The notes: generated by a model from the sequence alone, not told the origin. 64,000 nt of DNA from Pseudomonadales bacterium (GCA_963666465.1 OY762824.1:810112-874111); one strand, 5' to 3'; counted from the first letter of the stretch, positions 27,288 to 38,439 are shown. Numbers and translations are program-made.

Positions 27288-29126
27288 CTACCCCCCACGA
27301 TACATCGCCGTGATCAGATCGGCGTATTTCTCGTTCACCACCTTGCGCTTGAGCTTCTGCGTGGGGGTCAGTTCGTCGTCTTCCGGGTCCAGAAGCTGGT
27401 CGATCAGGCGGAAGCGCTTGATGGTCTCGACCTGAGCGAAGCGCTCGTTCACGCGCTCGATTTCGCTCCAGATCAAGTCCTCCACCTCACGGGTGTGGCA
27501 GAGGCTGGTGTAGTTGGTGAACGGCACGTCGTTGTCCTGGGCGAACTTGGTGACGTTCTCGTCGTCGATCATCACGAGGCATGTCAGATAGGGGCGCCGG
27601 TCCCCCACCACCACCGCGTCGGTGATGTAGGGCGAGAACTTGAGCTGGTTCTCGATCTCGCTCGGCGTGATGTTCTTGCCGCCGGCGGTGATGATGATGT
27701 CCTTCATCCGGTCCACCACATAGACGAAGCCGTCGTCGTCGATGCGCCCCACGTCCCCCGTGTGCAGCCAGCCTTGGCGGAAGGTCTCCGCCGTCTTCTC
27801 CGGCTTGTTCCAGTACCCCAGAATTACGCCGGGGCTCTGGATGACGATCTCGTTCTCGTCCGAAATCGCCACGTCCACCCCTTCGGCGGCCTTGCCGACG
27901 CTGCCGATGCGAAAGTTCCCGGGCAGGTTGGCGGTGGCAAGTCCGGCGCATTCCGTCTGGCCATAGACTTCGTACATCGGCGTGCCGAGGGCCCAATACC
28001 AGTCGATGAGCTCCGGCGCGATGGGTGCCGCGCCGGTGGAAAGCCAGCGGCAGCGATCGATGCCGAGCAGGCGGCGGATGTTCCGCAGCACCAGTCTGTA
28101 GGCGAGGAAGAACGCCGCCGCAAGGTGCCACGGTACCGCCTCGTCCCGCTTGAGACAGGCCGCCCGCCGTTCGCCGATGCCGATGGCGAGGCGATAGGCC
28201 AGCCTGCCGGTGGCGGTCGCCTCCTTGAGTTTGATCTGCACCAGCGAGAACTGCTTCTCCCACACCCTCGGCACGGCGAAGTGGATGGTGGGCGAGACCT
28301 CCTGCTGATCGTGGCTGGTGGTCTCGACGCTCTCCACCAGATTCACCACCGAGCACGTCTCGATGGGCGAGAAGGTGTAGAACATGCGCCCTGCCACGTG
28401 CGCCAGGGGCAGGAAGCCGAGCTGCTCGTCGCTGGCCTCGACGCCGTAGCACCGCTGCAGGAGGTTCATCATGAACAGCATGTTGCGGCCAGAGATCATG
28501 GCGCCCTTCGGTGCGCCGGTGGTGCCGGAGGTGTAGGTGAGAATCATCAGGTCGTCCGGGGCGGCGCCATCGATCTCCGCATCCCACGCTTGCGGATGCT
28601 CCTGGCCGTACTCTGCCCCAAGCTCCAGCAAGGCATCGAACGACATGCACATGGGGTCGTCCAGCGCCCGCAGCCCCTCCATGTCGAAGATGACGATGCG
28701 TTCGAGGGTCGGGCAGCGCTCCCGCACCTCCAGCACCTTGTCAAGCTGCTCCTCGTCTTCGGCGAAATAGAAGCGCGTGCCGCTGTCGTTGATGAGGTAT
28801 TCCACCTGCGGCGGCGCATCGGTGGGATAGACGCCGTTGCTGACGCCACCGGCGCAGATGACGCCGAGGTCCGCAAACAGCCACTCCTTGTTCACTTCCG
28901 AGGCGATGGAACACACCTCGCCGCGCTTGAGCCCCAGCGCCTTCAGGCCAAGCCCGGCACGCCGCGCCCGGTCGCCGTAGTCCGACCAGCTGTATTCGTT
29001 CCAGACTCCGAAGTCCTTCTCCCGGAACGCCACCTTGTCGCCCAGCTCCCGCACCCGCCGGCGGAAAAGCTGCGGCACCGTGGTGCAGCCGTCGATGGCC
29101 ACCTCGCTCTTCGCCGCAACGTTCAT
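27288..29126 (-). CDS. AMP-dependent (long-chain) acyl-CoA synthetase/ligase
   Basis: AMP-binding motif LTYTSGTTGAPKGAM and the C-terminal ...GWLHTGDVG...ITAGGKNI... The ATG at 29126 overlaps the livF stop (ATGA). Confidence 0.9.
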   Translation of the reverse strand: MNVAAKSEVAIDGCTTVPQLFRRRVRELGDKVAFREKDFGVWNEYSWSDYGDRARRAGLGLKALGLKRGEVCSIASEVNKEWLFADLGVICAGGVSNGVYPTDAPPQVEYLINDSGTRFYFAEDEEQLDKVLEVRERCPTLERIVIFDMEGLRALDDPMCMSFDALLELGAEYGQEHPQAWDAEIDGAAPDDLMILTYTSGTTGAPKGAMISGRNMLFMMNLLQRCYGVEASDEQLGFLPLAHVAGRMFYTFSPIETCSVVNLVESVETTSHDQQEVSPTIHFAVPRVWEKQFSLVQIKLKEATATGRLAYRLAIGIGERRAACLKRDEAVPWHLAAAFFLAYRLVLRNIRRLLGIDRCRWLSTGAAPIAPELIDWYWALGTPMYEVYGQTECAGLATANLPGNFRIGSVGKAAEGVDVAISDENEIVIQSPGVILGYWNKPEKTAETFRQGWLHTGDVGRIDDDGFVYVVDRMKDIIITAGGKNITPSEIENQLKFSPYITDAVVVGDRRPYLTCLVMIDDENVTKFAQDNDVPFTNYTSLCHTREVEDLIWSEIERVNERFAQVETIKRFRLIDQLLDPEDDELTPTQKLKRKVVNEKYADLITAMYRGG

Positions 29127-29887
29127 CGCCAGGTTTTCCTCTGCTTCCAGCGCCGCCGCCCGCGCACGCCCTGATCCTTCATGCCGAGATAGAACTCCTT
29201 GATGTCCGTGGCATTGCGGAGCCGCTCGCACGTGTCCTCCATGACGATGCGGCCTACTTCCATCACATAGCCATAGCCGGCGAGGTCCAGCGCCATGCGG
29301 GCGTTTTGCTCCACCAACAGCATGGTCACCTGCTGCTCCTGGTTGAGGCGTCCGACGATGCTGGCGATCTCCGCCACCAGCAGGGGCGAGAGGCCCAGCG
29401 ACGGCTCGTCGAGCAGCATCAGCTTGGGGCGCGCCATCAGGGCCCGGCCAATGGCAAGCATCTGCTGCTGGCCGCCGGAAAGAAAGCCTCCGGCGAGCTT
29501 GCGCCGTTCGGCCAGGGCCGGGAAGTAGCCATAGACGAGATCGAGGTCCTTGGCGACGCCGCCGTCCTTGCGGGCGAAGGCGCCCATGCGCAGGTTCTCC
29601 TCCACCGTCAGGAAGGGGAAGATCTCGCGCCCTTCCGGCACGTGGCCGATGCCGAGTCGAGCGACGCGGTCGGGGTCGCGGCCGGTGATGTCCTGATCGT
29701 CGAAGGTCACCTTGCCCTTCTGCGGCTCCATGGCGCCGCTGATGGTCTTGAGCACGGTGGTCTTGCCAGCCCCGTTTGCGCCCAGGATCGTGACGATGCT
29801 GGATTCGGCAACCTCCAGCGAGACGCCGCGGATGGCCATGACCGGGCCGTAGTAGGTCTCGATGTTGCGCAGGTTCAGAAGGGCCAT
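29123..29887 (-). CDS. livF: Branched-chain amino acid ABC transporter ATP-binding protein LivF-type
   Basis: Walker A GANGAGKTT, signature LSGGQQQML, Walker B LMLLDEPS. Confidence 0.9.
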   Translation of the reverse strand: MALLNLRNIETYYGPVMAIRGVSLEVAESSIVTILGANGAGKTTVLKTISGAMEPQKGKVTFDDQDITGRDPDRVARLGIGHVPEGREIFPFLTVEENLRMGAFARKDGGVAKDLDLVYGYFPALAERRKLAGGFLSGGQQQMLAIGRALMARPKLMLLDEPSLGLSPLLVAEIASIVGRLNQEQQVTMLLVEQNARMALDLAGYGYVMEVGRIVMEDTCERLRNATDIKEFYLGMKDQGVRGRRRWKQRKTWR

Positions 29888-29903
29888 CCGCGTGCGCTCC
29901 CCT

Positions 29904-30662
<759 letters not shown>

Positions 30663-30663
30663 G

Positions 30664-31740
30664 TCAGCGAACTCGCTCGGTGCGCAGATAGCTGCGCTGG
30701 CGCTTGTAGGTGGCCTTGCGGTAGAGCGGGAACTCGTCGAACCAAAGCCGAATCTTCACCCAGCGGCCGTAGATGCCGAGCGGCTCGAAGACCAGGAACA
30801 GCACCAGGATGAGGCCAAAGAGGCCAGGTTCGAGGCCCGGAATCTCGCCGATCCACGACGGCAGCGCATCGCGCCCGAAGGCGATCACCTGCGGCAAGAG
30901 GCCGAGGAAGATGGCACCGTAGATGACGCCGTGCAACGAGCCCAGGCCACCCACCACCACCATCAGCAGCAATTGGATGGAGGTCTGCACGGTGAAGGCG
31001 TCCGGGGCCAGATAGCCGATCTTGTGGGCAAACAGGCTGCCAGCCAGGCCCGTGAACGCGGCAGAGACGGCAAATGACGCGCACTTGGTACGGGCGAGGT
31101 CGATGCCCACGCTCTGTGCCGAGATTTCGGAATCGCGCACGGCGATGAAGGCGCGGCCCGTTGGCGAGCGCAACAGGTTGAGCGCGGCCAAGAGGCACAG
31201 CGCGAGCACCACCAGGCACAGGAAGTAGAAGGTGACCGGCGTATCGAGCGGCAATCCCAACACCTGCGCCTCCTGCACTCTCATGCCGAAGTGCCCGCCG
31301 GTGACGGATTCCCAGTGTTCGATCACCCAGGCGGCAATACGCTCGAAGGCAAGTGTGGCCACGGCCAGATAGATGCCGGTCATGCGCAGCGCCGGCAGGC
31401 CGACGACGTAGCCCACCAAGGCACAAAACGCCGTCGCCAGCGGCACCGAAACGAAGAACGGCACGCCCCGTTCCAGCAGCACCGCATGGGTGTAGGCGCC
31501 GATGGCGAGAAAAGCGGCGTGGCCGAGACTGACGAGGCCCGTATAGCCCACCAGCAGCATCAGACCGACGCCGGCGATGGCCCAGATATAGACGAGCGCA
31601 AGCTCGCCAAGATAGAACGCTTCCAGCCACAGCGGCGCCGCCAGCGCCACCAGCGCCAGCAGGCCATACCAGAACCGCTGCCCGCCGTGCAGGAAGAGGT
31701 TCACGTCCTGGCCGTAGTTGGTCTTGAGGACGAAACGCAC
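30664..31740 (-). CDS. livM: Branched-chain amino acid ABC transporter permease LivM-type
   Basis: Polytopic membrane protein. Motif GYTGLVSLGHAAFLAIGAY. Confidence 0.9.
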   Translation of the reverse strand: MRFVLKTNYGQDVNLFLHGGQRFWYGLLALVALAAPLWLEAFYLGELALVYIWAIAGVGLMLLVGYTGLVSLGHAAFLAIGAYTHAVLLERGVPFFVSVPLATAFCALVGYVVGLPALRMTGIYLAVATLAFERIAAWVIEHWESVTGGHFGMRVQEAQVLGLPLDTPVTFYFLCLVVLALCLLAALNLLRSPTGRAFIAVRDSEISAQSVGIDLARTKCASFAVSAAFTGLAGSLFAHKIGYLAPDAFTVQTSIQLLLMVVVGGLGSLHGVIYGAIFLGLLPQVIAFGRDALPSWIGEIPGLEPGLFGLILVLFLVFEPLGIYGRWVKIRLWFDEFPLYRKATYKRQRSYLRTERVR

Positions 31741-31746
31741 GGCGGT

Positions 31747-32628
31747 TCAGACCTTCTTCTGCTGCAAGGTGGCGAAGATGCCTTCGGGGCGCAGGAACAG
31801 CATTGCCAGCAGGATCACGAAGGCGCTCACCTCGGACATCCCGGCCGGCAGATACAGGCCGACGAACTGCTCGGCGATGCCGATGATGAGGCCGCCGACG
31901 ATGGCGCCGGGTAGGCTGCCGAAGCCGCCGACGATGGCGGCCGCAAACGCCTTGATGCCGACGAGCCCCATGAGCGGATCGATCAGCGACACTGGCGCCA
32001 CCAGAATCCCCGCCGCGGCGGCGATGGCCGCAGAAATCCCCCACACCAGCGAGAACACCCGCTTCACCGGAATGCCGACATAGAACGCCGCAAGCTGGTT
32101 CTGCGACGCCGCCTGCATGGCGATGCCGATGCGCGTGAAGCGGAAGAAGAGGTACAGCAGCAGGCACAGGATCGCGGTGCCGACGACTATGGCAATGTTC
32201 TCGTAGCCGATGATGAGACCGCGCAGCTCCACCACCTCCCCGGCGAAGGGCGAGTCGAGTGCCCGTGGCTGATTGCCCCAGATCGCTCCCGCAATGGCGC
32301 GGATGACGAAGCCCAGCCCAATCGTGAGCATCAGCACGGCAAACGGCGGCTCCCCGATCATGGGCCGCAGCAGGCCCCGTTCGAGCGCCATGCCGAGCCC
32401 CCCCATGATGACGAGCGTCAGCACGAACACCACCGCAAACGGCAGCCCCGCAAGGTTGCCAAGACTGAACGCCACAAACGCGCCCAGCATCATGATGTCG
32501 CCCTGCGCGAAATTGACCATTTCGGTGGCCTTGTATATCAGAACAAAGCCAAGCGCGATCAAGCCATAGACGCAACCTTGGGAAACGCCGCTGATGAGGA
32601 GCTGGAGGACTTCCATAAGGCGCGGCAT
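31747..32628 (-). CDS. livH: Branched-chain amino acid ABC transporter permease LivH-type
   Basis: MEVLQLLISGVSQGCVYGLIALGFVLIYKAT..NFAQGD. The start is uncertain (32628 or 32616); the ORF extends to 32721. Confidence 0.85.
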   Translation of the reverse strand: MPRLMEVLQLLISGVSQGCVYGLIALGFVLIYKATEMVNFAQGDIMMLGAFVAFSLGNLAGLPFAVVFVLTLVIMGGLGMALERGLLRPMIGEPPFAVLMLTIGLGFVIRAIAGAIWGNQPRALDSPFAGEVVELRGLIIGYENIAIVVGTAILCLLLYLFFRFTRIGIAMQAASQNQLAAFYVGIPVKRVFSLVWGISAAIAAAAGILVAPVSLIDPLMGLVGIKAFAAAIVGGFGSLPGAIVGGLIIGIAEQFVGLYLPAGMSEVSAFVILLAMLFLRPEGIFATLQQKKV

Positions 32629-32858
32629 GATACGACGGATTGTTGCCGACCAACCGGCAAGACCAAGGCGCGCACCACGGGCCAGATGGCTAGAGGCCCC
32701 CTCTGCTTGCCCCATGAGCACCTGTTAGCGCGCCTTGCGGCGCGTGGCGGGCAGGATGCAGCCTGGTGTTGGGGAGCGACCCCTCCCATCACTTCCCCCG
32801 TCGGGGGAGTCGAAGAAGCGCAGGCTTCTTCGGAAGGGGAGGGCCGCCGGCAGCGCCT

Positions 32859-33077
32859 TCAGTTCGCCTCCAACTCCCCCCGCAGACGGTGGGCGTTGGC
32901 GTTGAAGGTGTCGGCCAGGAAGCTCATGAACTCGTGGACTCGGGACACGGCCCGCAGGTCTCGGTGGGTTAGGCCCAGATTTGCGGCGGGGATCGGGTCG
33001 AGACCGGGCGCTCGCACCGAGCCGGCGCGCGCCAGGACGGCGAAGAGGCGCAGGTCGTCCCAGTCGAGTTCGTCCAC
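32859..33077 (-). pseudogene. LysR-family regulator remnant (N-terminal ~18 aa joined to C-terminal ~45 aa; internal deletion)
   Basis: LDWDDLRLFAVLARAGS is a typical LysR HTH start. It is joined directly to THRDLRAVSRVHEFMSFLADTF, a typical LysR C-terminal end. Confidence 0.5.
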
Positions 33078-33604
33078 GGGCGGAGTATGCGCCCCGCGGA
33101 CGCGTGCAGCAGCGCAACGGCGCGTTGCATTGTTACGCTTGACCACGGCGTTACCGAAAGTAACATTCCGTCCAAGCAGTGACTGTCGCTGTCCATCGAG
33201 GTGCCCTTCCAGCGACACGCCACGGACACCGCAAGAGGCAGGACAGGAAGCGGTTTCCGGGAACGTCCCAAAGGCGGGCGCGAACGGCAACCGGCGAAGG
33301 AACCCCTCCCCTCGTAGGCTGCGTTGGGATCACCCCCGATCCCACCAGCCTACACTTCCCCCTCTTCATGACCTCGCCCTCCGGCACGGCAGGCGCCGGC
33401 CAACCACCGAATTCGGCAACATCCATTGCCGCCCCGAGGCTGGACTGCTCCGCCATGCGGCCAAGCCGCCCATCGCGGCGCAGATGACACGCAGCGGTTC
33501 TCGCGCCAGCGAAAAACTGCCCCAAGCGCCGCCAGCGCCACAAGAACCTGCCTCCGAGGGAGACGGATCTGTCGACAACTGCGCCGCTCTACGGCACTTG
33601 CCTC

Positions 33605-34438
33605 CTACCCCACCTTCACCCGCGAGAAGTGTGGCGCTCGGCGTTCCACGAACGACGCCACGCCTTCCTTGAAATCGCCACGGGCGAGACTCTCGTCCAT
33701 CCATGCGTTGGATTCGTCCATGGCCCCGCGCAGTTCCGCGTTCAGGTGGCGGTAGATCTGCTTCTTCATCATCATCAGCGAGTTGGGCGCCGCGACGCTG
33801 GCGATTTCCTTGAGGTACGCCGCCGCATCATTGACGCACTCGCCCGGTTCGCAGACGCGGTTGGCAAGGCCGATGCGCCCCGCCTCCTCGCCGTCGAACT
33901 TGCGCCCCGTCCACAGGATGTCGAGGGAGTTGGCGGGGCCGATGAGCCGCGGCAGCATCCAGCTCACGCCATGCTCCGCGATTAGGCCGCGTTGCGAGAA
34001 TGAGGTGGCGAAGCGAGCGTTGCGATCGACGAAGCGAAGGTCGCAGAACACCGCGTAGCTGAAGCCAAGGCCGGCGCACGCGCCGTTGATGGCAGCGATC
34101 AAGGGCTTGCGCAAGCCCAGGAAGTAGCTCGCGCCCACCTCGAAATTGGGATCGTCATCCGGGTTGCCGGGGTCCGCCGCCAAATCGGCATAGCTGTCCC
34201 CAAGCCGCTTTCCGGCCTCGCTCATCGCCCCGAGCGCGTTCATGTCCACACCGGAACAGAACCCCCGCCCCGCCCCGGTCAGCACGGTGCCAATCACGTC
34301 TTCGTCGCGCTCGGACTGATCCAGCGCATGACGAATCTCGGCCTGCGTCCGATCCGTCAGCGCATTGAGCGTTTCCGGCCGGTTCATCGTGATGACCGCC
34401 ACGGAGTCGTCCACGTCGTAGAGAACCTCTTGATACAT
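33605..34438 (-). CDS. Enoyl-CoA hydratase/isomerase (crotonase) family protein
   Basis: VAVITMNRPETLNAL...GAGRGFCSGVD...AAINGACAGLG. Confidence 0.9.
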   Translation of the reverse strand: MYQEVLYDVDDSVAVITMNRPETLNALTDRTQAEIRHALDQSERDEDVIGTVLTGAGRGFCSGVDMNALGAMSEAGKRLGDSYADLAADPGNPDDDPNFEVGASYFLGLRKPLIAAINGACAGLGFSYAVFCDLRFVDRNARFATSFSQRGLIAEHGVSWMLPRLIGPANSLDILWTGRKFDGEEAGRIGLANRVCEPGECVNDAAAYLKEIASVAAPNSLMMMKKQIYRHLNAELRGAMDESNAWMDESLARGDFKEGVASFVERRAPHFSRVKVG

Positions 34439-34820
34439 TGCCCCTTCTCCCTCGAGTTGTCCACCCTGCGGGGTCCCGCCCGAACCGCTTGGCCGGCCCC
34501 CGTCCGGCCAATACTAACCGCCCGGCCTGCGAGTTTGTGGCCGGAGTCGTCCAACTCCTTCGCATGGTGCGCCATACAACACCGGCAGCGCCCCAATTGG
34601 CCTGCTGCAAGGCACTGGCATGATTGGCACGCTTTTCGCGAGTTTGTGGCCGCTTCCGCCCTCGCGCCCCTCGCGCTGCTGGCCATCTTCCTGCTTGCGC
34701 CTGGATCCGCGAACGGCGAGGCTCTTCCATCGTAGGTGAGCGGGCACGCGACGGATGTGCCTTGCGGCGCCATGGAGGGCAAAGATGCCCTTCCATCCAG
34801 AGGAGATCCGCGCGTCCCCA

Positions 34821-35723
34821 CTACACCAGATGCCCGTTCTCGTCGCGGATTTCCGGGCCGTTGACCCGCACGCGGCCGTCGCCGAACTTGCCGTCGCGTT
34901 CTCGCAAGGCATCGCGCAGGCCCTTCTCCGCCACCGCCTGGCGGAAGCCGGAGGCGGCCTTGGCGTTGTGGCCGCGCACATCGTTTTCGGCGGCCATGCG
35001 TTGCAGGGTGCGGGCGCCCATGAGTTCGAGGCCCATGTTGATGATGCGCTTGTTGGTGGAGAGGAGATCTGGGTCGATCAGGCAGAGGCGGTCGGCGAGT
35101 TGCTCCACCTCCGCTTCGAGGTGCTCCTTCGGCACCGCCTTCAGCACCAGTCCAATTTGCTGCGCTTCGGCGCCGGAGATCATGTCGCCGGTGAGCATCA
35201 GGCGCTTGGCCCATTGAGGGCCGACGTTGTAGAGCCACATGTTGTTCGGCAGCGCGCCGAGGTCGCGGGCTGGCGGGAAGCCGAACAGGGCGTCGTCTGC
35301 GCAGATGATCATGTCCGTGAGAAGCGCCACGTCGGTGCCGCCGGCGAGGCAATAGCCGTGTACCTGGGCGATGGTGGGCTTGTGCATGTCGAACAGCGCC
35401 ATGCGGTAGCGCTGGGCACGTTCGAGTTGCCAGGCGTCGTCGTCGATGCTGCGACCGCCGCGGTAGTTGTTCTCCTGCGACTGGATGCGAGAGACGGGGA
35501 TGTTGCCATCGGCACCGGTGAGATCGTAGCCAGCGGAGAACGCCCGCCCAGCCCCGCGCAGGATGACGCAGTGGACATCAATGTTGTTGTCCGCTTCCCA
35601 GAGCGCCTCGTTCAGTTCCGACTGCAGCTTGAGCGAGAGGGCGTTGAGCTTCTCCGGTCGGTTCAGGGTGATGCGGGCGCGACCGTCCTCCACCTCGTAT
35701 TCGATGCTGTCGAACCCACTCAT
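34821..35723 (-). CDS. Enoyl-CoA hydratase/isomerase (crotonase) family protein, 300 aa
   Basis: RARITLNRPEKLNAL...GAGRAFSAGYD...QVHGYCLAGG. The ATG at 35723 is preceded by aaggggag. The rest of the 712-aa ORF is spurious. Confidence 0.9.
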   Translation of the reverse strand: MSGFDSIEYEVEDGRARITLNRPEKLNALSLKLQSELNEALWEADNNIDVHCVILRGAGRAFSAGYDLTGADGNIPVSRIQSQENNYRGGRSIDDDAWQLERAQRYRMALFDMHKPTIAQVHGYCLAGGTDVALLTDMIICADDALFGFPPARDLGALPNNMWLYNVGPQWAKRLMLTGDMISGAEAQQIGLVLKAVPKEHLEAEVEQLADRLCLIDPDLLSTNKRIINMGLELMGARTLQRMAAENDVRGHNAKAASGFRQAVAEKGLRDALRERDGKFGDGRVRVNGPEIRDENGHLV

Positions 35724-35918
35724 GCTGACACTCCCCTTTCCGTCAAGTTGGCATTTTGCGAAGCTCGGCGAATGTAGCACAGCGCCACAGGAACCGCCGC
35801 CGCCCGGCACCCGTCTTGCTCCAGGGCCAAGCCGTCCCGTCAACCATCCGACTTCCGTCGCCGGCGGCCAGGTCGAACAGATTGATAGGATGGTGTGGCG
35901 GCTTGACGAAGCGAGACC

Positions 35919-37019
35919 GTGAGCGAAGAACCGACGAACAAGGCACAGCCCCCGCAGGCCAGCGGCTGGGCATGGCTGCCGAGCTGGAACTGGCGCATCT
36001 GGGTAGGCGCCCTGCTCACGACCGCATGGATGCTCGGTGGCCTCATCTACGTCGTAGCCGCCGGTGGCTGGAGCTTCTGGGATCAGGACGCCGCCACCAT
36101 CGGCGGCTTTCTGGAAGGCTTCTTTGCGCCGCTGGCGTTCCTCTGGCTCGTGGTGGGCCTGTTCATCCAGCAGGCGGAGTTGGCCGAGACACGCCAGGAG
36201 ATGCGGCACTCCAATGTCCTGTCGGCGCAGCAGGCCGAGGCTATCGAAGCCTCTGCGCACACGGCTCGGCAGCAGGCGGTCTTCCTCATCGCCGACAATG
36301 TGCGGCGCCAGACCGGCAACTTGCTCGGCGTGATACTTGCGAACGAAGGACGGGTTCACGAGAGCGAGATGGCACGCCACTGGGCGGCACATGCCGCCGG
36401 CGACCACGAATGCTTCGCCCGGTTGTGCCTGATGCGCGAGGAAGCCCTCCGGGAGGAGAACTGGGGCCGAATGGGCAAGGTCGCGGAACTGTTCTTTGGC
36501 ACGGAGCATCACCGGTCGCTGTCGGAGGAGTACATCCGCAGCTTTCGCCGGCTGCTGCGGCTCGCGCACGCATGCGACTGGGACGACGCCATCCGCGCCA
36601 CCATTACCCAGACGCCACACGGCATGGTGTACGCGAGCCTGTTGCGCTTCCTTCCGGCAGAGTTGGCATGGGTGGCGCTGCTCGACGACCCCCAGGGCCT
36701 CGAAGGGCCAAACATCGACCCCTCCGGCAAATGGGACGTGTATGTCGGGGGCTATGCCGATGTCGAATGCGACGGCACGGCGTTTCACCTCTCGCTGGCC
36801 GTCGAGGGGGACGACGTGACTGGAGTCGCCGAGTCGTCGCGTGGCACCACGCCCGTCCACGATGTCGCCGTGTCTGGCCGCGCCCTGTTCCTGCGCGTGG
36901 AGGAACCACAACTCACGCTCATCACCGCCACCATCGATGGCGACCAAATGCAGGGCCATATCGAGTCCACTCAGGGCGACACAACCCCATTTACGGCAAC
37001 CCGAAGGAGCAATGGGTGA
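35919..37019 (+). CDS. Hypothetical membrane protein (2 N-terminal TM helices, 366 aa)
   Basis: GTG start. Hydrophobic segments IWVGALLTTAWMLGGLIYVVA and FFAPLAFLWLVVGLFI. I recognise no domain. The stop overlaps the next gene's start (GTGA). Confidence 0.5.
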   Translation: MSEEPTNKAQPPQASGWAWLPSWNWRIWVGALLTTAWMLGGLIYVVAAGGWSFWDQDAATIGGFLEGFFAPLAFLWLVVGLFIQQAELAETRQEMRHSNVLSAQQAEAIEASAHTARQQAVFLIADNVRRQTGNLLGVILANEGRVHESEMARHWAAHAAGDHECFARLCLMREEALREENWGRMGKVAELFFGTEHHRSLSEEYIRSFRRLLRLAHACDWDDAIRATITQTPHGMVYASLLRFLPAELAWVALLDDPQGLEGPNIDPSGKWDVYVGGYADVECDGTAFHLSLAVEGDDVTGVAESSRGTTPVHDVAVSGRALFLRVEEPQLTLITATIDGDQMQGHIESTQGDTTPFTATRRSNG

Positions 37020-37699
37020 CAGGCAGACTTCAGGGCAAGCGGGTGCTGGTCACCCAGGCGAACGACTTCATGGGACCCATCACGGCGGAAGTGTTCCGGG
37101 AGGAAGGCGCGGAGGTGGTCGCAGATGCCGCCGCACTGGACACGGCGGAAGCCTGTCGAGACCTGATCGCGGCGAGCGGCACGATCGACGTGCTCGTCGC
37201 CAACCTCGCCTCGCCAAACTTCGGCGGCACGCCCGTCACGGCTCTTGCCGACGACGACTGGCGCACTCCCTTCAACATGATGGTGCATCCGCTGCACTGG
37301 CTCACCCAAGCCGTGCTGCCGCAGATGATCGAACGCCGCGCCGGCAAGATCGTCGTCTATGGCAGCGCCACGGCACTGCGCGGAATGAAGACAATAGCGG
37401 CCTACTCCGCCGCCCGTGCCGCCCAAGTGGGCTACGTGCAGGCCGTCGGGGTCGAGGTCGCACCCCACAACGTGCAGGTGAACCTGATTGCCCAGAACTA
37501 CGTCGAGAACCCCGACTACTACCCGCCCGAACTCATGCAGAAGGAAGCGTTCGTCGCCTCGCTCAAGCGCCAGGTGCCCGCCGGCCGCCTCGCCACCGCT
37601 CGCGAAGACGCCATGTTCGCCCTATTCCTCGCCAGCGACGAATGCGGCTTCCTGGTAGGCCAGGCATTCCCCTTCTCCGGCGGCTGGGTGCAGCGGTGA
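37016..37699 (+). CDS. Short-chain dehydrogenase/reductase (SDR) family oxidoreductase
   Basis: KRVLVTQANDFMG (atypical glycine-rich motif) and YSAARAAQ (YxxxK-type catalytic region with the K replaced). The GTG at 37016 is preceded by aaggag. Confidence 0.8.
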   Translation: MTGRLQGKRVLVTQANDFMGPITAEVFREEGAEVVADAAALDTAEACRDLIAASGTIDVLVANLASPNFGGTPVTALADDDWRTPFNMMVHPLHWLTQAVLPQMIERRAGKIVVYGSATALRGMKTIAAYSAARAAQVGYVQAVGVEVAPHNVQVNLIAQNYVENPDYYPPELMQKEAFVASLKRQVPAGRLATAREDAMFALFLASDECGFLVGQAFPFSGGWVQR

Positions 37700-37769
37700 C
37701 CCCTGCCCGAGCAGAGCCAGACCCAGGGAGATTCAACCGCGACTTGGCACTGCCCTGCGAACTGCGTGT

Positions 37770-38136
37770 CCACCAAGGCACGCAGCAGTGCCCTCCCCCA
37801 CTCCTCGAAGAATCCCTCCATGACCTTGAGATCCGTGACGCTCAGAGTCGTGAAGCGAGGAAGCGGAGAACGCCTGCATCCATCGAACGACGGCGGCAGG
37901 CGCCAAATGCCGCCACGGACCTCGCGCAGCGTGCGCTGTTCCACTGGCGAATACTCGACCAACCCATATGGCGGATCGGTCACTACCGCATGGATGCTCT
38001 GCGGCAGCTGCTGCCCCAGCCAATCGAAGCAATCGGCGGCACAGAGCCGCGCATTGCCAATCTTGATGGCAGGCGAAGAGCAATTCACAGCTTGAGCAGC
38101 AGCGGCCAGTGGACGCTCCGGAAGCGGCAGCTGCAT
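37770..38136 (-). pseudogene. Truncated N6/N4 DNA methyltransferase remnant (N-terminal ~120 aa only)
   Basis: IKIGNARLCAADCFDWLGQQLPQSIHAVVTDPPYGLVEY contains the DPPY catalytic motif. Similarity is lost after ...WGRALLRALV, and the ORF then runs into the 3' end of the SDR gene. Confidence 0.5.
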
Positions 38137-38439
38137 CCGCAAAGTGGAACCATACGCGAACGTGCCCTCCAAGGACATTCCTTCAAGGGCCGAGCCCGCA
38201 CCACGCTGCCTCCCATGCGCCGTCAGGCGCGTCGTGGTCGGGAATGTGGCTGGCACGACCTTGCGGTATGGCGTGGTACGATCATCGGGACTTTGACGCT
38301 CGATCCGAAGTCGCTCCTAACCGGAGTGGTGAACGGAGCGACCCGAAGGCCAGCAGTTGCTACGCAACTGCCTGGCGCGAAAACTGCGAAGGGAAGTACG
38401 CGACCGTTCTCCAACTCGACAGTTTTTACGGCGCTTACC

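Noticed and set aside
27204-29174. 656-aa plus-strand ORF.
   Set aside because: It is antisense to the acyl-CoA synthetase, with low-complexity high-GC composition.
34625-34639. Sigma-54-like promoter motif tggcac-gcttt-tcgc.
   Set aside because: It lies on the plus strand, where no downstream gene exists; both neighbours are on the minus strand. The -12 element is imperfect. The reverse strand has no correctly spaced GG/GC pair.
35724-36959. N-terminal 412 codons of the 712-aa minus-strand ORF 34821..36959.
   Set aside because: Only the last 300 codons are crotonase-like, and they have their own SD and ATG at 35723. The upstream part is antisense to the 35919..37019 gene and is compositionally artefactual.
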